Positions 29,596-39,509 of a DNA stretch of 61,740 nucleotides are shown in pieces. The stretch covers positions 1-61,740 of the forward strand of contig WAKA01000202.1 in NCBI GenBank assembly GCA_015523565.1, given 5' to 3'. A program made the translations under genes and the position numbers. The notes below the pieces were generated by a model. That model ran no database searches, was not told where the DNA came from, and was given only the letters and a program-made list of their open reading frames with translations. Every line of letters begins with the position of its first letter. Within the stretch, counting starts at the first letter, position 1. Origin of the DNA: Candidatus Heimdallarchaeota archaeon (lineage in GTDB: Archaea; Asgardarchaeota; Heimdallarchaeia; Heimdallarchaeales; Kariarchaeaceae).

Positions 29596-31581
29596 ATGGA
29601 TGTGATTTCAGAAAAGAAAAAGCAAATCAAAGACAAACTATATGGATATCTTGAATTTTCTCCATTGGAAATCAAAATCATTGACCATCCTTTGTTCCAA
29701 AGGTTAAAACATATTCGTCAACTTGGATTTGCTTTCAATGCATACCCCAGCGCTGATCACAAACGATTTGAACATTCAATAGGTGTGGTATATGTTGCAA
29801 CAGAAATAATTGAGACAATCCTCAGCCAAGGGGATGAATCTTTACAAAATTGGCTTACCGCCCTCCATAAAGTTCTCACCAATTACAATGCTGAGGTGGG
29901 CTTTTCCCAACTCCCTGAAATACTGGTGAAAATTGTTCGTATAGCCGCTTTATTGCATGACGTTGGTCATCTCCCTTTTAGCCATACCTTTGAAATCGCT
30001 TTAGAGCCAATACTTTATTCAGAACAGATAACTGAGTTAAAGCTATACTTGGAAAAGAGGGGTATCTCTCTTGAAATATTTGAAAATCCTGCTTCCAATA
30101 TCCAGATACATGAAACACTTGGTCATAATATCATTATGACTCAACTCAAACCAATCCTTGATCAACTTGGATCGTGGGTTGCTCCCCTTATTTGTGATAT
30201 ATTTGAGATTGACCCTGACAAGCTTGGCAAAAATGACGGGGTTCTGCTTCCTCTTCAACGTATTGTCAATGGCCCTTTAGACGCAGATCGACTTGACTAT
30301 GTGCTAAGAGATCACTACAGCAGTGGCATCCGATTGGGAACATTTGATAGGGAACGTCTTGTACGCAATCTCCTATTAATTCAGAAAAGTCAGGCTCATT
30401 TTGATCTTGGTCTAAAAATGAAGGCCATTAGTGCTGTTAACTCATTTATTCTTCTTAGGTCCATGATGTACCGCTACTTGTATCAACACCACTTGGTGTC
30501 GATGTACGACAATGTCTTTGCAATAATGATAGAGCTATTTTTCATGGACTCATGGCTCAAAGGTGATATTGCCGATTTGGCTGCATTTTTCCTAAGGCTT
30601 GAATATGGTGAATTGGAATCATACTTGGGATCTGCACCCAAATACATGAATTTATTAAGAAACGCTGAGCTCACTCCCCAATGGTTGATCAATAACCCAG
30701 TTATCCCTTTTGATGATATTTCTCTTATGTCTACCCTAAGAATGTATGTTGCAGATATCTATAACGATTTGCCTTCTTGGAAAAAAAGAATGTCAGAACA
30801 TTTTGGAAAGGAATTTCCCAATGGGTTTAAAAATTTCTATGCGATTGTCCAAAATCCATTGATATTATTTGAGGCATTCAACAATAGAGGCAAGATCCCT
30901 GTTGCTCTTTGGAATAATTACAAGGATTATACTGAAATTGTTATTTCTCCTATTATTCAAGAATTAAAAAACTACTTGTCTTCCTCCTCAAAAAACACAA
31001 TCTTCCAGATTGTGGATTCAATTGTCACATCTGAAATTGAGACCAAAACAACAAAAAGCCTGAAAGAAAAGCTTACAAAATATTTTGAAGACACTCATTT
31101 CCTTAAAAAAATAAAAAAACACATTGCTGAAGAAATAATCATCCATTATGGCTTTAAATATGATAAGTCATCATTTTATTCTCCAACTGCCCTCCCTGGG
31201 AAATTTGACATTCTTCAAGATTTAGTCAAGGCAATCAAAAATGAAAACATTCCTGTTCCTGATAATATTGTCATTTCTGCCAAATTCCCTCGAACCTATG
31301 ACGAAAACATTTTCTTTGTTGATATTTTTTCTAAAAAAGACGAAGTCCAGCTTGAGGATATATCTCCATTTATCAGTCCACTTAAATATCGTGTTCAAGA
31401 TCAGCCATTCTTTTATGTTTATATCCAAAGTGAAGAACTTACCCGTGACCAGCTTAAACAAAAAATGCCACAATATCGTGATGCCATGCGCTTGGCAATT
31501 AAAAATTGGCTAAAAAGAGAGACTAGACCTGGAAGCAAAATTACAAATCTTGAATATCTTTTCATTCCTAAGAATCCCTGA
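29596..31581 (+). CDS. HD-domain phosphohydrolase, SAMHD1/dNTPase-like, long C-terminal extension
   Basis: FQRLKHIRQLG, YPSADHKRFEHSIG, LLHDVGHLPFSH, HE, DADRLDYVLRD, RSMMYRYLYQH. Confidence 0.9.
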   Translation: MDVISEKKKQIKDKLYGYLEFSPLEIKIIDHPLFQRLKHIRQLGFAFNAYPSADHKRFEHSIGVVYVATEIIETILSQGDESLQNWLTALHKVLTNYNAEVGFSQLPEILVKIVRIAALLHDVGHLPFSHTFEIALEPILYSEQITELKLYLEKRGISLEIFENPASNIQIHETLGHNIIMTQLKPILDQLGSWVAPLICDIFEIDPDKLGKNDGVLLPLQRIVNGPLDADRLDYVLRDHYSSGIRLGTFDRERLVRNLLLIQKSQAHFDLGLKMKAISAVNSFILLRSMMYRYLYQHHLVSMYDNVFAIMIELFFMDSWLKGDIADLAAFFLRLEYGELESYLGSAPKYMNLLRNAELTPQWLINNPVIPFDDISLMSTLRMYVADIYNDLPSWKKRMSEHFGKEFPNGFKNFYAIVQNPLILFEAFNNRGKIPVALWNNYKDYTEIVISPIIQELKNYLSSSSKNTIFQIVDSIVTSEIETKTTKSLKEKLTKYFEDTHFLKKIKKHIAEEIIIHYGFKYDKSSFYSPTALPGKFDILQDLVKAIKNENIPVPDNIVISAKFPRTYDENIFFVDIFSKKDEVQLEDISPFISPLKYRVQDQPFFYVYIQSEELTRDQLKQKMPQYRDAMRLAIKNWLKRETRPGSKITNLEYLFIPKNP

Positions 31582-31942
31582 TGTTCTCCAATTTTTTTAT
31601 GGTTTCTGCCAATTCAACCATCTTTTCAGGATCAGTCTCTTCTTCCAATTGCTTTGCAAGCTGATCAATTTTAGCTTGTATTGGGGATGCTGTTTTTCTC
31701 TTTGTCGGCTTCTTGTTGTCCGCTCTTACTTTTTCATCATTGTCCTTCTTTTTCAAGTCTTCCTCTTTTACCAATTTTACATCGCAAGTTGCACAATAAA
31801 GTGTTTTATCCCTTAAAATATATATTGGCATCTTACATTGGGGACAATGCTCCATTCCCAATGTTGCTCCTTCCAATAGCAATTTCGCCCCTCTTTGCAA
31901 TGACTCTTCATCGTCCCGTTTCATACATTTACCTTTAAGCAC
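31568..31942 (-). CDS. UPF0148 / autoantigen p27 (SSSCA1-like) Zn-ribbon protein
   Basis: GAKLLLEGATLGMEHCPQCKMP...YCATC followed by a coiled coil. Confidence 0.85.
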   Translation of the reverse strand: MLKGKCMKRDDEESLQRGAKLLLEGATLGMEHCPQCKMPIYILRDKTLYCATCDVKLVKEEDLKKKDNDEKVRADNKKPTKRKTASPIQAKIDQLAKQLEEETDPEKMVELAETIKKLENIRDS

Positions 31943-32032
31943 ATTACCCTTTATCTTTGATTCGATTTTGTACTTCTTTGATTAAATGTCAGGTATCTTT
32001 TAATATAAATTCATGAAAATCAAACATGAATT

Positions 32033-33007
32033 GTGAAAATTCCCTCTTGTAGCCAATGCAATAGACCTGCCGCATGGGTAAGACCATGGGACAAAGAAAG
32101 GCTTTGCGTTATGCATTTCAATTCTGCATTTCTGAAACGAATGCAAAAAACAATTAACAAATACAGATTATTGGAAAGAAACGATATCATTGCTGTTGGC
32201 ATATCTGGTGGAAAAGATTCTGTCGTCCTTCTTGATGCATTGATGAAGCTCCAAAAACGCCATGAAACTAAAGTTATCGCAATCACCATAGACGAAGGAA
32301 TTAAAGGCTACCGAGAAGACGGATTAAAATATGCAAAAATGGCTGCAGAACGCGCAGGTGTTGAACATGTCATTTATTCATTTGAGGATAGATTTGGATC
32401 AACTCTGGACAATACGCTTACAATGTTGGAACAAAATGAAAAACGGTTAGGTGCATGCTCATATTGTGGTATTTTTCGTAGAAAACTATTGAATGAAGCC
32501 GCTAGGTCTGTTAACGCTACAAAATTGGCAACTGGTCATAATGCAGATGACGAAGCACAAACTGTGTTGATGAATCTCTTCAGAGGTGACATCCTTAAAA
32601 CACTTCGAAGCGATCCTGTGCCCAAATTCAAGCATCCCATGTTTGTTCCACGAATCAAACCATTCCGCTGGACAACAGAGCAGGAAATAGTCCTTTATGC
32701 CCATTTCAACAATCTCCCTTATCAAGAAATGCCATGTCCCAATGCCGTGGAAGCTCATAGGGGAACTATCCGTGATATATTGACACAGTACAAGGAAAGC
32801 ACTCCTGACGCCTTATTCTCTATTCTGACATCTGCTGACAAACTGTTTGATCTCGCCAATGCTGTTGCCGACAATGAAATCAGCAATCGTATCATCCCAA
32901 TGAACCCAAAAACATGTGTCAGTTGTGGAGACCCATCAGCAAAAGAAAGATGCAAGGCGTGCCTAATTGAAGAAAAAATAAGAAGCATGAAGCAAATCCC
33001 CCTATAA
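32033..33007 (+). CDS. tRNA 2-thiolation protein, TtuA/Ncs6(Ctu1) family
   Basis: N-terminal CxxC...CxxH, SGGKDS PP-loop, CSYCGIFRR, GHNADD, RIKP, CP, C-terminal CxxC...CxxC. Confidence 0.92.
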   Translation: MKIPSCSQCNRPAAWVRPWDKERLCVMHFNSAFLKRMQKTINKYRLLERNDIIAVGISGGKDSVVLLDALMKLQKRHETKVIAITIDEGIKGYREDGLKYAKMAAERAGVEHVIYSFEDRFGSTLDNTLTMLEQNEKRLGACSYCGIFRRKLLNEAARSVNATKLATGHNADDEAQTVLMNLFRGDILKTLRSDPVPKFKHPMFVPRIKPFRWTTEQEIVLYAHFNNLPYQEMPCPNAVEAHRGTIRDILTQYKESTPDALFSILTSADKLFDLANAVADNEISNRIIPMNPKTCVSCGDPSAKERCKACLIEEKIRSMKQIPL

Positions 33008-33136
33008 TTTACACTACCTGCTTTTCCTCTTACACACAATTCCTTCACTATTTTGAATATGCTCAGTGAATTTAACGCGAAGATAATATATTAGATAGTC
33101 GCGGGTAGGGTATATAATATTCCACGGTGAAATTTT

Positions 33137-33319
33137 ATGACAAAAGGAACTCCTTCATTCGGTAAACACAACAAAAGAGGATCTCATATTGTTTGCAGAA
33201 GATGCGGCAATCATAGCTTCAATAGAAGCAAAAGACACTGTGTTAGTTGCGGTTTCGGAAAAACTGCAAAAAGAAGAGTATACAAGTGGAGAAAGGTTAA
33301 GAACCCTAAAGACCGATAA
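33137..33319 (+). CDS. rpl37e: 50S ribosomal protein L37e
   Basis: [10 protein letters not shown]...CRRCG...CVSCGFG. Confidence 0.97.
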   Translation: MTKGTPSFGKHNKRGSHIVCRRCGNHSFNRSKRHCVSCGFGKTAKRRVYKWRKVKNPKDR

Positions 33320-33333
33320 ATTACGAAGCACAA

Positions 33334-34338
33334 ATGGTAATACGTGATACTTTTTCAATAACCCTTTCGAAAATCCTCAATAGGTTTATTCCAATTTCCC
33401 GTTCTAAAATATTGGTTGAAACTGGTCATTGGCTTCGTATTTCCCTTGCATTACAACTTCCCAGACAATCTAACATTGGTCATCCATCTGGAGAAACCTC
33501 CTGGGATTTCTTGGGAATTGTAAATGCAACTTTCTCTGATTTGGGAATTGATTATGACCTTTTTATTGGTGAAATGCGATTTACCCGTGGTCATAAGACT
33601 GCTGCAAATGCAAAATATGACATAGATTGGAACAAAGTGCATCTCCTTAAATCAGGGAAGGAACTAATTGATTTGATTGAGAATCTCCCTGTTCAAACTT
33701 CAATTGTAGCTTTACCAAATGGAACATATTCCATTGTTTCAGATAAGGGGACAGACTACACAATATCAAAAGATAACCTTAAAGAGAATGTAGATATGCT
33801 TTTGGCTATTCCCCTTGGTCCTGTCATTCTCAAGATAAATTCGATCTCAATCCCTGAAAAACAAACATTGCCTTGGAATACTTTGAATTACCTTGGTTGG
33901 ACTTTTGAAAGAGGTGAAGAACCAACAGAAATTGAAGGTCTCAATAGGTTTTCAACAGTATCTGGTTGGAAAGCATATGCAAGATGGATGCAAGCATACT
34001 TGTTTGATAATCAAAAAAATATACATCCATTTATTCAAAAAATACCCCATTTGCTTCTTGATCGAAAACAAGCATCGCTAGAGCATTGGAAACATTTGGC
34101 AGATACATTGGAAATTGAAACAAGCGCAAAAATTGCATCAATGTTTCACGAAATCGCTCAGGATTCCATTCCTCTCATTTCTGAACTTATTTCTGCTTAT
34201 GAGGAGGGGGCTTCATACCAGTCCATCCGAAAACATGTTGCTGATTGCTATTTCAATGACCAACGTACCCTGCAGGTCTTTAATTTGGCACGAAAACATT
34301 ACAACGATATCAAGCATAGAAAAAAACCTTGGACTTAA
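33334..34338 (+). CDS. Hypothetical protein
   Basis: 334-aa ORF filling the gap between rpl37e and hef on the same strand; no motif recognised. Confidence 0.7.
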   Translation: MVIRDTFSITLSKILNRFIPISRSKILVETGHWLRISLALQLPRQSNIGHPSGETSWDFLGIVNATFSDLGIDYDLFIGEMRFTRGHKTAANAKYDIDWNKVHLLKSGKELIDLIENLPVQTSIVALPNGTYSIVSDKGTDYTISKDNLKENVDMLLAIPLGPVILKINSISIPEKQTLPWNTLNYLGWTFERGEEPTEIEGLNRFSTVSGWKAYARWMQAYLFDNQKNIHPFIQKIPHLLLDRKQASLEHWKHLADTLEIETSAKIASMFHEIAQDSIPLISELISAYEEGASYQSIRKHVADCYFNDQRTLQVFNLARKHYNDIKHRKKPWT

Positions 34339-34365
34339 CCTAATCGGAATTTTTTAAGGTAATGG

Positions 34366-36702
34366 ATGCTATGGAAAAATAGATTGCTTGGCTATTATAA
34401 CGCACCAAACATCAAGAAAAATAAAATTGAAAATCGGATCTACCAGCAGATCCTGTTTGCCGCAGGTGCACAAGAAAATTCTCTGATTGTCCTCCCAACA
34501 GGTCTCGGTAAGACAATTGTCGTCGTAATGCTTATGGCATATTTTCTAGATAAGTTTCCTGATAAAAAAGTCGTTTTCACAGCACCAACCAAGCCACTTG
34601 TTGATCAACATGAAAAAACAATCAAAGAAATGATGGATGTTGACCCACAGTTCATTGTCTCACTAAGTGGTGCCATTCCTCCAAATCAAAGAAAATATTA
34701 CTGGGATTCCGCTAAAATTATTGTACTAACTCCACAGGTTCTCAAAAATGATATAATCGCAGGAACTTGCAATCTTAATGACATCAGCTTTTTATGTATC
34801 GATGAAACGCATCGACTTGTTGGAGACGATGCAAGCGTAATTGCTGTTGAACAATACAGGAAACAGAACCCACAAGGAAGAGTTGTTGGAATCACGGCCT
34901 CTCCAGGTAAACGTGAAAAAATCCTTGAAATCATCAAAAATCTTGGCGCATCACGACTTGAATTCTTGGATGAAGATCATCCTGCCGTTAAGCCATTTGT
35001 CCACCAGACCACTGAAGAATACATTAAAGTAGATCTTCCTGAAGAATTTGACGCAATTCTTTCTATTCTCCGAAAACTTATATCTCAATTTCTGGAAATG
35101 CTTAAAGAAATGGATTTGATAAAATCCGCTTCAATACAGAAAAACAACAAACGAGATCTTCTTAAATTAAATGCCGTAATTGACGAGCATAGGGAACAAC
35201 TGGATGATGATGCATATTTTGCCGCTAAATCTGCCTATGGTCATTGCTTGCGATTGTTCCATGCTTTGGAAGTATTGGAAACACAAGGAATTCCTACACT
35301 TTATGCTTATTTGCAAAAGCAGAAAGAAACAGCAGAAATAACTGGTAAACGCTCCCTCAAAAAATTCTTCCGATTACCAGGAATGGATGATGTATGGGAT
35401 AAAACAACTGACCTATACCTCAAAGGGTATGTTCATCCTAAATTGGATAAGCTAATTGAATTGGTTAAGGAAGAACTGAGCAAAGAAATTTCCAGTAGAA
35501 TTCTTGTATTTTCCAATTACAGGGATACAGTTAAGCAACTTAGCGATGAACTTAACAAACTTGAGGAAGTTGAAGCACATTGGTTTGTCGGTCAACGTTC
35601 GTCTAAGGATGATATGGGTTTAAGACAGAAAGATCAAATTCGGATCCTTGAGCAATTTAAACATGGCTATTATAATGTCCTAGTTAGTACTTCTGTCGGA
35701 GAAGAGGGACTTGACGTAGCCCAATGTGATCTGGTGGTGTTTTATGACGTTGTCCCTTCTGAAATCCGGTTAATCCAACGAAGCGGGCGCACAGGCAGAA
35801 AAAGAGCAGGCAGGGTTGTCATTCTTGCCGCTAAAAATACAAGAGACGAAGGGTTCTATTGGGCTTCCCGTGCAAAACGCAGTAGGCTGATCGATGTCAT
35901 CCATGAAGTAAAAGCAGAACTTGAAAGCAAAAAACAAAAAAATCTTGACGATTTCTTTAAAAATGAAGACAAACAAGAAACAAACAAGGAAGAAGAAAAA
36001 AAACAGACTATTGAAAACGAACCAAAAGACTTGACTATTTTTCCAAAAAACGCGGATCGTCCCACCATCTATATGGATAACAGAGAAAAGGGAAGTTCAA
36101 TTGTCCGTGCACTTCTTGATCAAGATATCAATATTGAAACTCGGACTTTGCCAGTCGGTGACTATGTCCTTTCAGACAGAGTTGCCATTGAACGAAAAAC
36201 CACTTCAGACTTTTCTTCTACATTGATGAGGCAAGATCTCTTCCCCCAACTCAAAAAACTAAAGGAAACATACCTCAACCCAATTCTTGTAATTGAAGGA
36301 ACTGATCTGTATTCACATAGCACTTCTAAACCAGCAATCCAAGGTGCAATCTCTTCTATTGTCATTGATTACCAAATTCCAATTATTTTTACAAAAGACC
36401 CTACTGAAACCGCTGAATTTATTCACCGTATCGCTTTCCGTGAACAGATAAAGGAAAAACGCCCTCCTCTGATGAAAACTGCTGTTAAACCCTCTTCATT
36501 GGCAGAAGAACAATTGCACTTAGTTTCACAGATCCCTAAAATCAATATCAGGATTGCCACTAACTTATTAAGGGAATTCTCAACCATACGAAATATCTTT
36601 AATCAAGACCAAGATTCATTAAGAAAAGTAAAAGGTATTGGACCCAAACTTGCGAATCATATTGATTTACTTGTAAATACTCCCTTCGAGGAAAATGAAT
36701 GA
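34366..36702 (+). CDS. hef: Hef (FANCM-like helicase + ERCC4 nuclease + HhH)
   Basis: PTGLGKT, DETH, TAS, QRSGRTGR; MDNRE, GDY, ERKT..DF; VKGIG; internal PIP-like QKNLDDFF. Confidence 0.93.
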   Translation: MLWKNRLLGYYNAPNIKKNKIENRIYQQILFAAGAQENSLIVLPTGLGKTIVVVMLMAYFLDKFPDKKVVFTAPTKPLVDQHEKTIKEMMDVDPQFIVSLSGAIPPNQRKYYWDSAKIIVLTPQVLKNDIIAGTCNLNDISFLCIDETHRLVGDDASVIAVEQYRKQNPQGRVVGITASPGKREKILEIIKNLGASRLEFLDEDHPAVKPFVHQTTEEYIKVDLPEEFDAILSILRKLISQFLEMLKEMDLIKSASIQKNNKRDLLKLNAVIDEHREQLDDDAYFAAKSAYGHCLRLFHALEVLETQGIPTLYAYLQKQKETAEITGKRSLKKFFRLPGMDDVWDKTTDLYLKGYVHPKLDKLIELVKEELSKEISSRILVFSNYRDTVKQLSDELNKLEEVEAHWFVGQRSSKDDMGLRQKDQIRILEQFKHGYYNVLVSTSVGEEGLDVAQCDLVVFYDVVPSEIRLIQRSGRTGRKRAGRVVILAAKNTRDEGFYWASRAKRSRLIDVIHEVKAELESKKQKNLDDFFKNEDKQETNKEEEKKQTIENEPKDLTIFPKNADRPTIYMDNREKGSSIVRALLDQDINIETRTLPVGDYVLSDRVAIERKTTSDFSSTLMRQDLFPQLKKLKETYLNPILVIEGTDLYSHSTSKPAIQGAISSIVIDYQIPIIFTKDPTETAEFIHRIAFREQIKEKRPPLMKTAVKPSSLAEEQLHLVSQIPKINIRIATNLLREFSTIRNIFNQDQDSLRKVKGIGPKLANHIDLLVNTPFEENE

Positions 36703-37251
36703 TCATTCAATGATTGCTTCGTATTGATCAATTAAAAACACAATTGTATCTTCTGGAGTAAGGAAGTGCTTTTGGGGAAGCTTATGCCTTCGATAGCTAC
36801 GGTTTTTAACCCTATAGCCTGCCCTCTCCATTTGGACAACCACGTCAAAGCCAAAAATACCAACGTTTGGATCATATTCCATTCCTGGAATATCTATATG
36901 TTCATTGATTCCAAAACCAAAGTTTCCTTGCCTGTCAATTGAACTCCTTTTTACCTTGTATTCTTTTGTGTGCAACAGTTTCATCAACAGCTCATAGGCT
37001 TTGTCTCCTCTTACTGTAACTTTTGCACCTACGGGTTGCCCTTTTCTTATTCCCCATTTTCTCCATGTCTGTTTGGAATATGTTTCTACAGGCTTTTGTC
37101 CTGTTAGTTCCTCCAATACTCCCATCCCTCTATTTAGGATATCCCCTGCCTTTCCAAGACTCATATTGATTTTCAATGCCGCAATTCTGGGTCGAAGCAT
37201 GGGCTGCTCTGCCCATTCTTTCTTTTTTTGTTCTACTAATTCTTCATACAT
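36703..37251 (-). CDS. rpl5: 50S ribosomal protein uL5
   Basis: LTGQKP, GIRKGQPVGAKVTVRG, GNFGFGINEHIDIPG.EYDP. Confidence 0.97.
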   Translation of the reverse strand: MYEELVEQKKKEWAEQPMLRPRIAALKINMSLGKAGDILNRGMGVLEELTGQKPVETYSKQTWRKWGIRKGQPVGAKVTVRGDKAYELLMKLLHTKEYKVKRSSIDRQGNFGFGINEHIDIPGMEYDPNVGIFGFDVVVQMERAGYRVKNRSYRRHKLPQKHFLTPEDTIVFLIDQYEAIIE

Positions 37252-37258
37252 TGTTTAT

Positions 37259-37996
37259 TCACCTCAGCAAAGTAATTGCAGGTTCTTCTTGACCAACAAT
37301 GAAGACGTATTCCAATGCCGTGGAAAATTCACCCTTGTCTGATGAAAATGTAACTTCTGAAGCCATTGGTCCAAATCTCTTGTTGATCTCTGTGATCTGA
37401 CCCATTTTGCCTTGATGGTGACCCTCTGTAACCATGGCAAACATGTTTTCTTCTAATGGGTAAACTTCCTTGATTTCTTGGGAAGGAACTTCTATTTTCA
37501 CAGTATATCCATTTTTGATCTTCTTGGTAAGTTCATCATCGTTATTCAATAGGATATTCCTTCCATCATGAAGTGAAATCTGTGTTTTTCCTCCCCTGAT
37601 TGTTCTTTTTCCAGTCACCTTGCAGATCTTGACTTTTGCTTCCTCCTCAGGAATCTCAAAAAGTTTTAATCTGCCTGAAATGTGATGTTGTACCCTGTAA
37701 TACTTTTCCAACCCTTTCAAATACACAACATCCATGTGTCCAACTGGAAACTTTTCATTTGTCCTGACTTTGCCATCAACGTAGACCTTCTTGTTTGAAA
37801 GGATATATTTTGCTTCTTTCCTATTTTCTGCAACTTTCAATACATCTCTTAGCATGATCAATAATGGCATTGCATAATCTTTTCTGTGGGGACCTGGGTT
37901 CATTTTAATAATGAACTTTGAACCTTTTCTGGGAACTGGCCAAGTTTTTGGCATGGCAGGACGCTTTAGGTGTCTCTTTCCACCTGACTTTGTCAT
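37259..37996 (-). CDS. rps4e: 30S ribosomal protein S4e
   Basis: RHLKR, PGPH, VDGKVR...FPVG.MDV, LHDGRN. Confidence 0.97.
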   Translation of the reverse strand: MTKSGGKRHLKRPAMPKTWPVPRKGSKFIIKMNPGPHRKDYAMPLLIMLRDVLKVAENRKEAKYILSNKKVYVDGKVRTNEKFPVGHMDVVYLKGLEKYYRVQHHISGRLKLFEIPEEEAKVKICKVTGKRTIRGGKTQISLHDGRNILLNNDDELTKKIKNGYTVKIEVPSQEIKEVYPLEENMFAMVTEGHHQGKMGQITEINKRFGPMASEVTFSSDKGEFSTALEYVFIVGQEEPAITLLR

Positions 37997-38550
37997 TCTT
38001 CAACCTCCTCTTCTTCGCTGGTCTCTTCCTCATCAGTTTCTCCCTCATCGTCACCCTCTTCCTCACCAGCATCTTCTTCGACGAATTCCTCTTCTTCCTC
38101 GAATTCTTGGAAGTCTTCATCTCCCATCTCCATTACTTCCTCTTCATCCTCAATCTCTTCATAGTTGATCTTGGCTTCTTCATCAACTGTTCTTCTGTTG
38201 ATCAAGCCAATTCTGAATCTATCCTTCTTTTTGTTGATTTTAACAATCATGACATTTGAGGGATGTATCTTGGCAGGAATTTCTGTATTGTCATTCTTTT
38301 TCCGTGTGGCCTTGTCTATTGTGATATATCGCTTTTGGGGATGGACGCTTGTAACCTTTCCTTTGACTCCTTTAAAGTCTCCCCTAAGAATAATAACCTC
38401 ATCCTTTTCGCGTATTGGTAATGATCTGAAGCCATACTCCTCTCTTAATCCTGGTGATAGATGGGCTGACATGAGTTTGTGCCTTTCATGAAGGGGAGCA
38501 TTGAATTCATATTTTCTTTGTTTCTTTGGTTTCTTGCTTATTGGTCTCAT
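37993..38550 (-). CDS. rpl24: 50S ribosomal protein uL24 with long acidic tail
   Basis: KQRK...APLH, SAHLS, D.V.ILRG, IHPSNV. Confidence 0.96.
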   Translation of the reverse strand: MRPISKKPKKQRKYEFNAPLHERHKLMSAHLSPGLREEYGFRSLPIREKDEVIILRGDFKGVKGKVTSVHPQKRYITIDKATRKKNDNTEIPAKIHPSNVMIVKINKKKDRFRIGLINRRTVDEEAKINYEEIEDEEEVMEMGDEDFQEFEEEEEFVEEDAGEEEGDDEGETDEEETSEEEEVEE

Positions 38551-38967
38551 TTACACCACCATACTTGCGATACTGCCAACTCTTGGCCACCTGTTCACTG
38601 CCTCTCTTGCAACTGGTCCCTTTGCTTCCGTACTTCGAGGGTCTCCCTGTGGATTGACAATAACTACTGCATTGTCCTCAAATCTAATTACCTCTCCATT
38701 TTCTCGAGTGTAAGGTCTTCTCTGCCTAACAACGATGCATGGGACAATTGTCCTCCTCAAGTTTGGCGAACCTTTTTTGACTGAAGCAATGACCATGTCT
38801 CCTACTGTGGCTCTGGGATACCTATTCAATCTTCCTTTATAGCCATGAACCGCAATGATTTGTACAATTTTTGCTCCTGAATTGTCTGCAACTTTTACCT
38901 TGCTTCCAACTTGAAGTCCATTTGCTGACTTAACCCTTGGTGTACCCGCTGTTTTCCTCTTTGCCAT
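38551..38967 (-). CDS. rpl14: 50S ribosomal protein uL14
   Basis: ADNSGAK, VGD...SVKKG, FEDNAVVI. Confidence 0.97.
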   Translation of the reverse strand: MAKRKTAGTPRVKSANGLQVGSKVKVADNSGAKIVQIIAVHGYKGRLNRYPRATVGDMVIASVKKGSPNLRRTIVPCIVVRQRRPYTRENGEVIRFEDNAVVIVNPQGDPRSTEAKGPVAREAVNRWPRVGSIASMVV

Positions 38968-38972
38968 TCAGC

Positions 38973-39320
38973 TCACTCCTCAACCTCTCTTTTTTCAATA
39001 ACGACAAAGGATTTGCTTTTTGAAATTGGTCTACATTCCATGGCTCTGACACGGTCTCCTTCCTTGATATCCAAGCAGTCTGGAGCATGTGCAGAAATAA
39101 CTCCTTTGCGTCTTTCGTACCTGTCATATTTCTTGACCAAATAAAGGTAGTCTCTACGAATGACAACTGTCTTGTTCATTTTGGTAGAAACGACCTGTCC
39201 TTCAAAAATACGCCCTCTTAATCGAATGTTCCCATGAAATGGACAATTTGGGTCTGGAGGATCGCATCTTTTGTCAGGAACCTTGACATTAATGCCGATA
39301 TTTCTAACTGTTTGTGACAT
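38973..39320 (-). CDS. rps17: 30S ribosomal protein uS17
   Basis: CPFHG, KMNKTVVI, KYDRYERR, ECRPISKSK. Confidence 0.97.
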   Translation of the reverse strand: MSQTVRNIGINVKVPDKRCDPPDPNCPFHGNIRLRGRIFEGQVVSTKMNKTVVIRRDYLYLVKKYDRYERRKGVISAHAPDCLDIKEGDRVRAMECRPISKSKSFVVIEKREVEE

Positions 39321-39353
39321 TTTGAACCTCTCTTCAATTATGTTTTGCCCCTG

Positions 39354-39467
39354 ATCGGAATGCCTTTAGTCTAAATGCAACAACCCATCTCTTGCCATTG
39401 GGGCACCATGGCTCGGAACCTGACTTTCCGTTCAAGGCTGTTGCTGATGTCAGGATGGCATCCTGAT
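39354..39467 (-). ncRNA. Putative structured RNA / 5' leader of the rps17-rpl5 sub-operon
   Basis: Nested stems 39354-39364/39457-39467 and 39377-39385/39436-39444 enclosing hairpins at 39394-39412 and ~39420-39435; lies in a 204-nt gap in an otherwise tight operon. Confidence 0.55.
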
Positions 39468-39495
39468 TTGTTTCTATCCATACTTAATGTTCAAT

Positions 39496-39509
39496 CTTTA
39501 TAAAAAAAT
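39496..39509 (-). promoter_or_regulatory. TATA-like box for an internal promoter upstream of the rps17 leader
   Basis: Minus strand ATTTTTTTATAAAG about 30 nt before the first stem of the structured element. Confidence 0.45.

Noticed and set aside
39354-39467. 5S rRNA or SAM-I riboswitch identity for the structured spacer
   Set aside because: Lacks the 5S CCGAAC loop and 5S topology; CAGCAAC/GGUGC/AGAU words occur but the SAM-I P2 kink-turn and pseudoknot are absent
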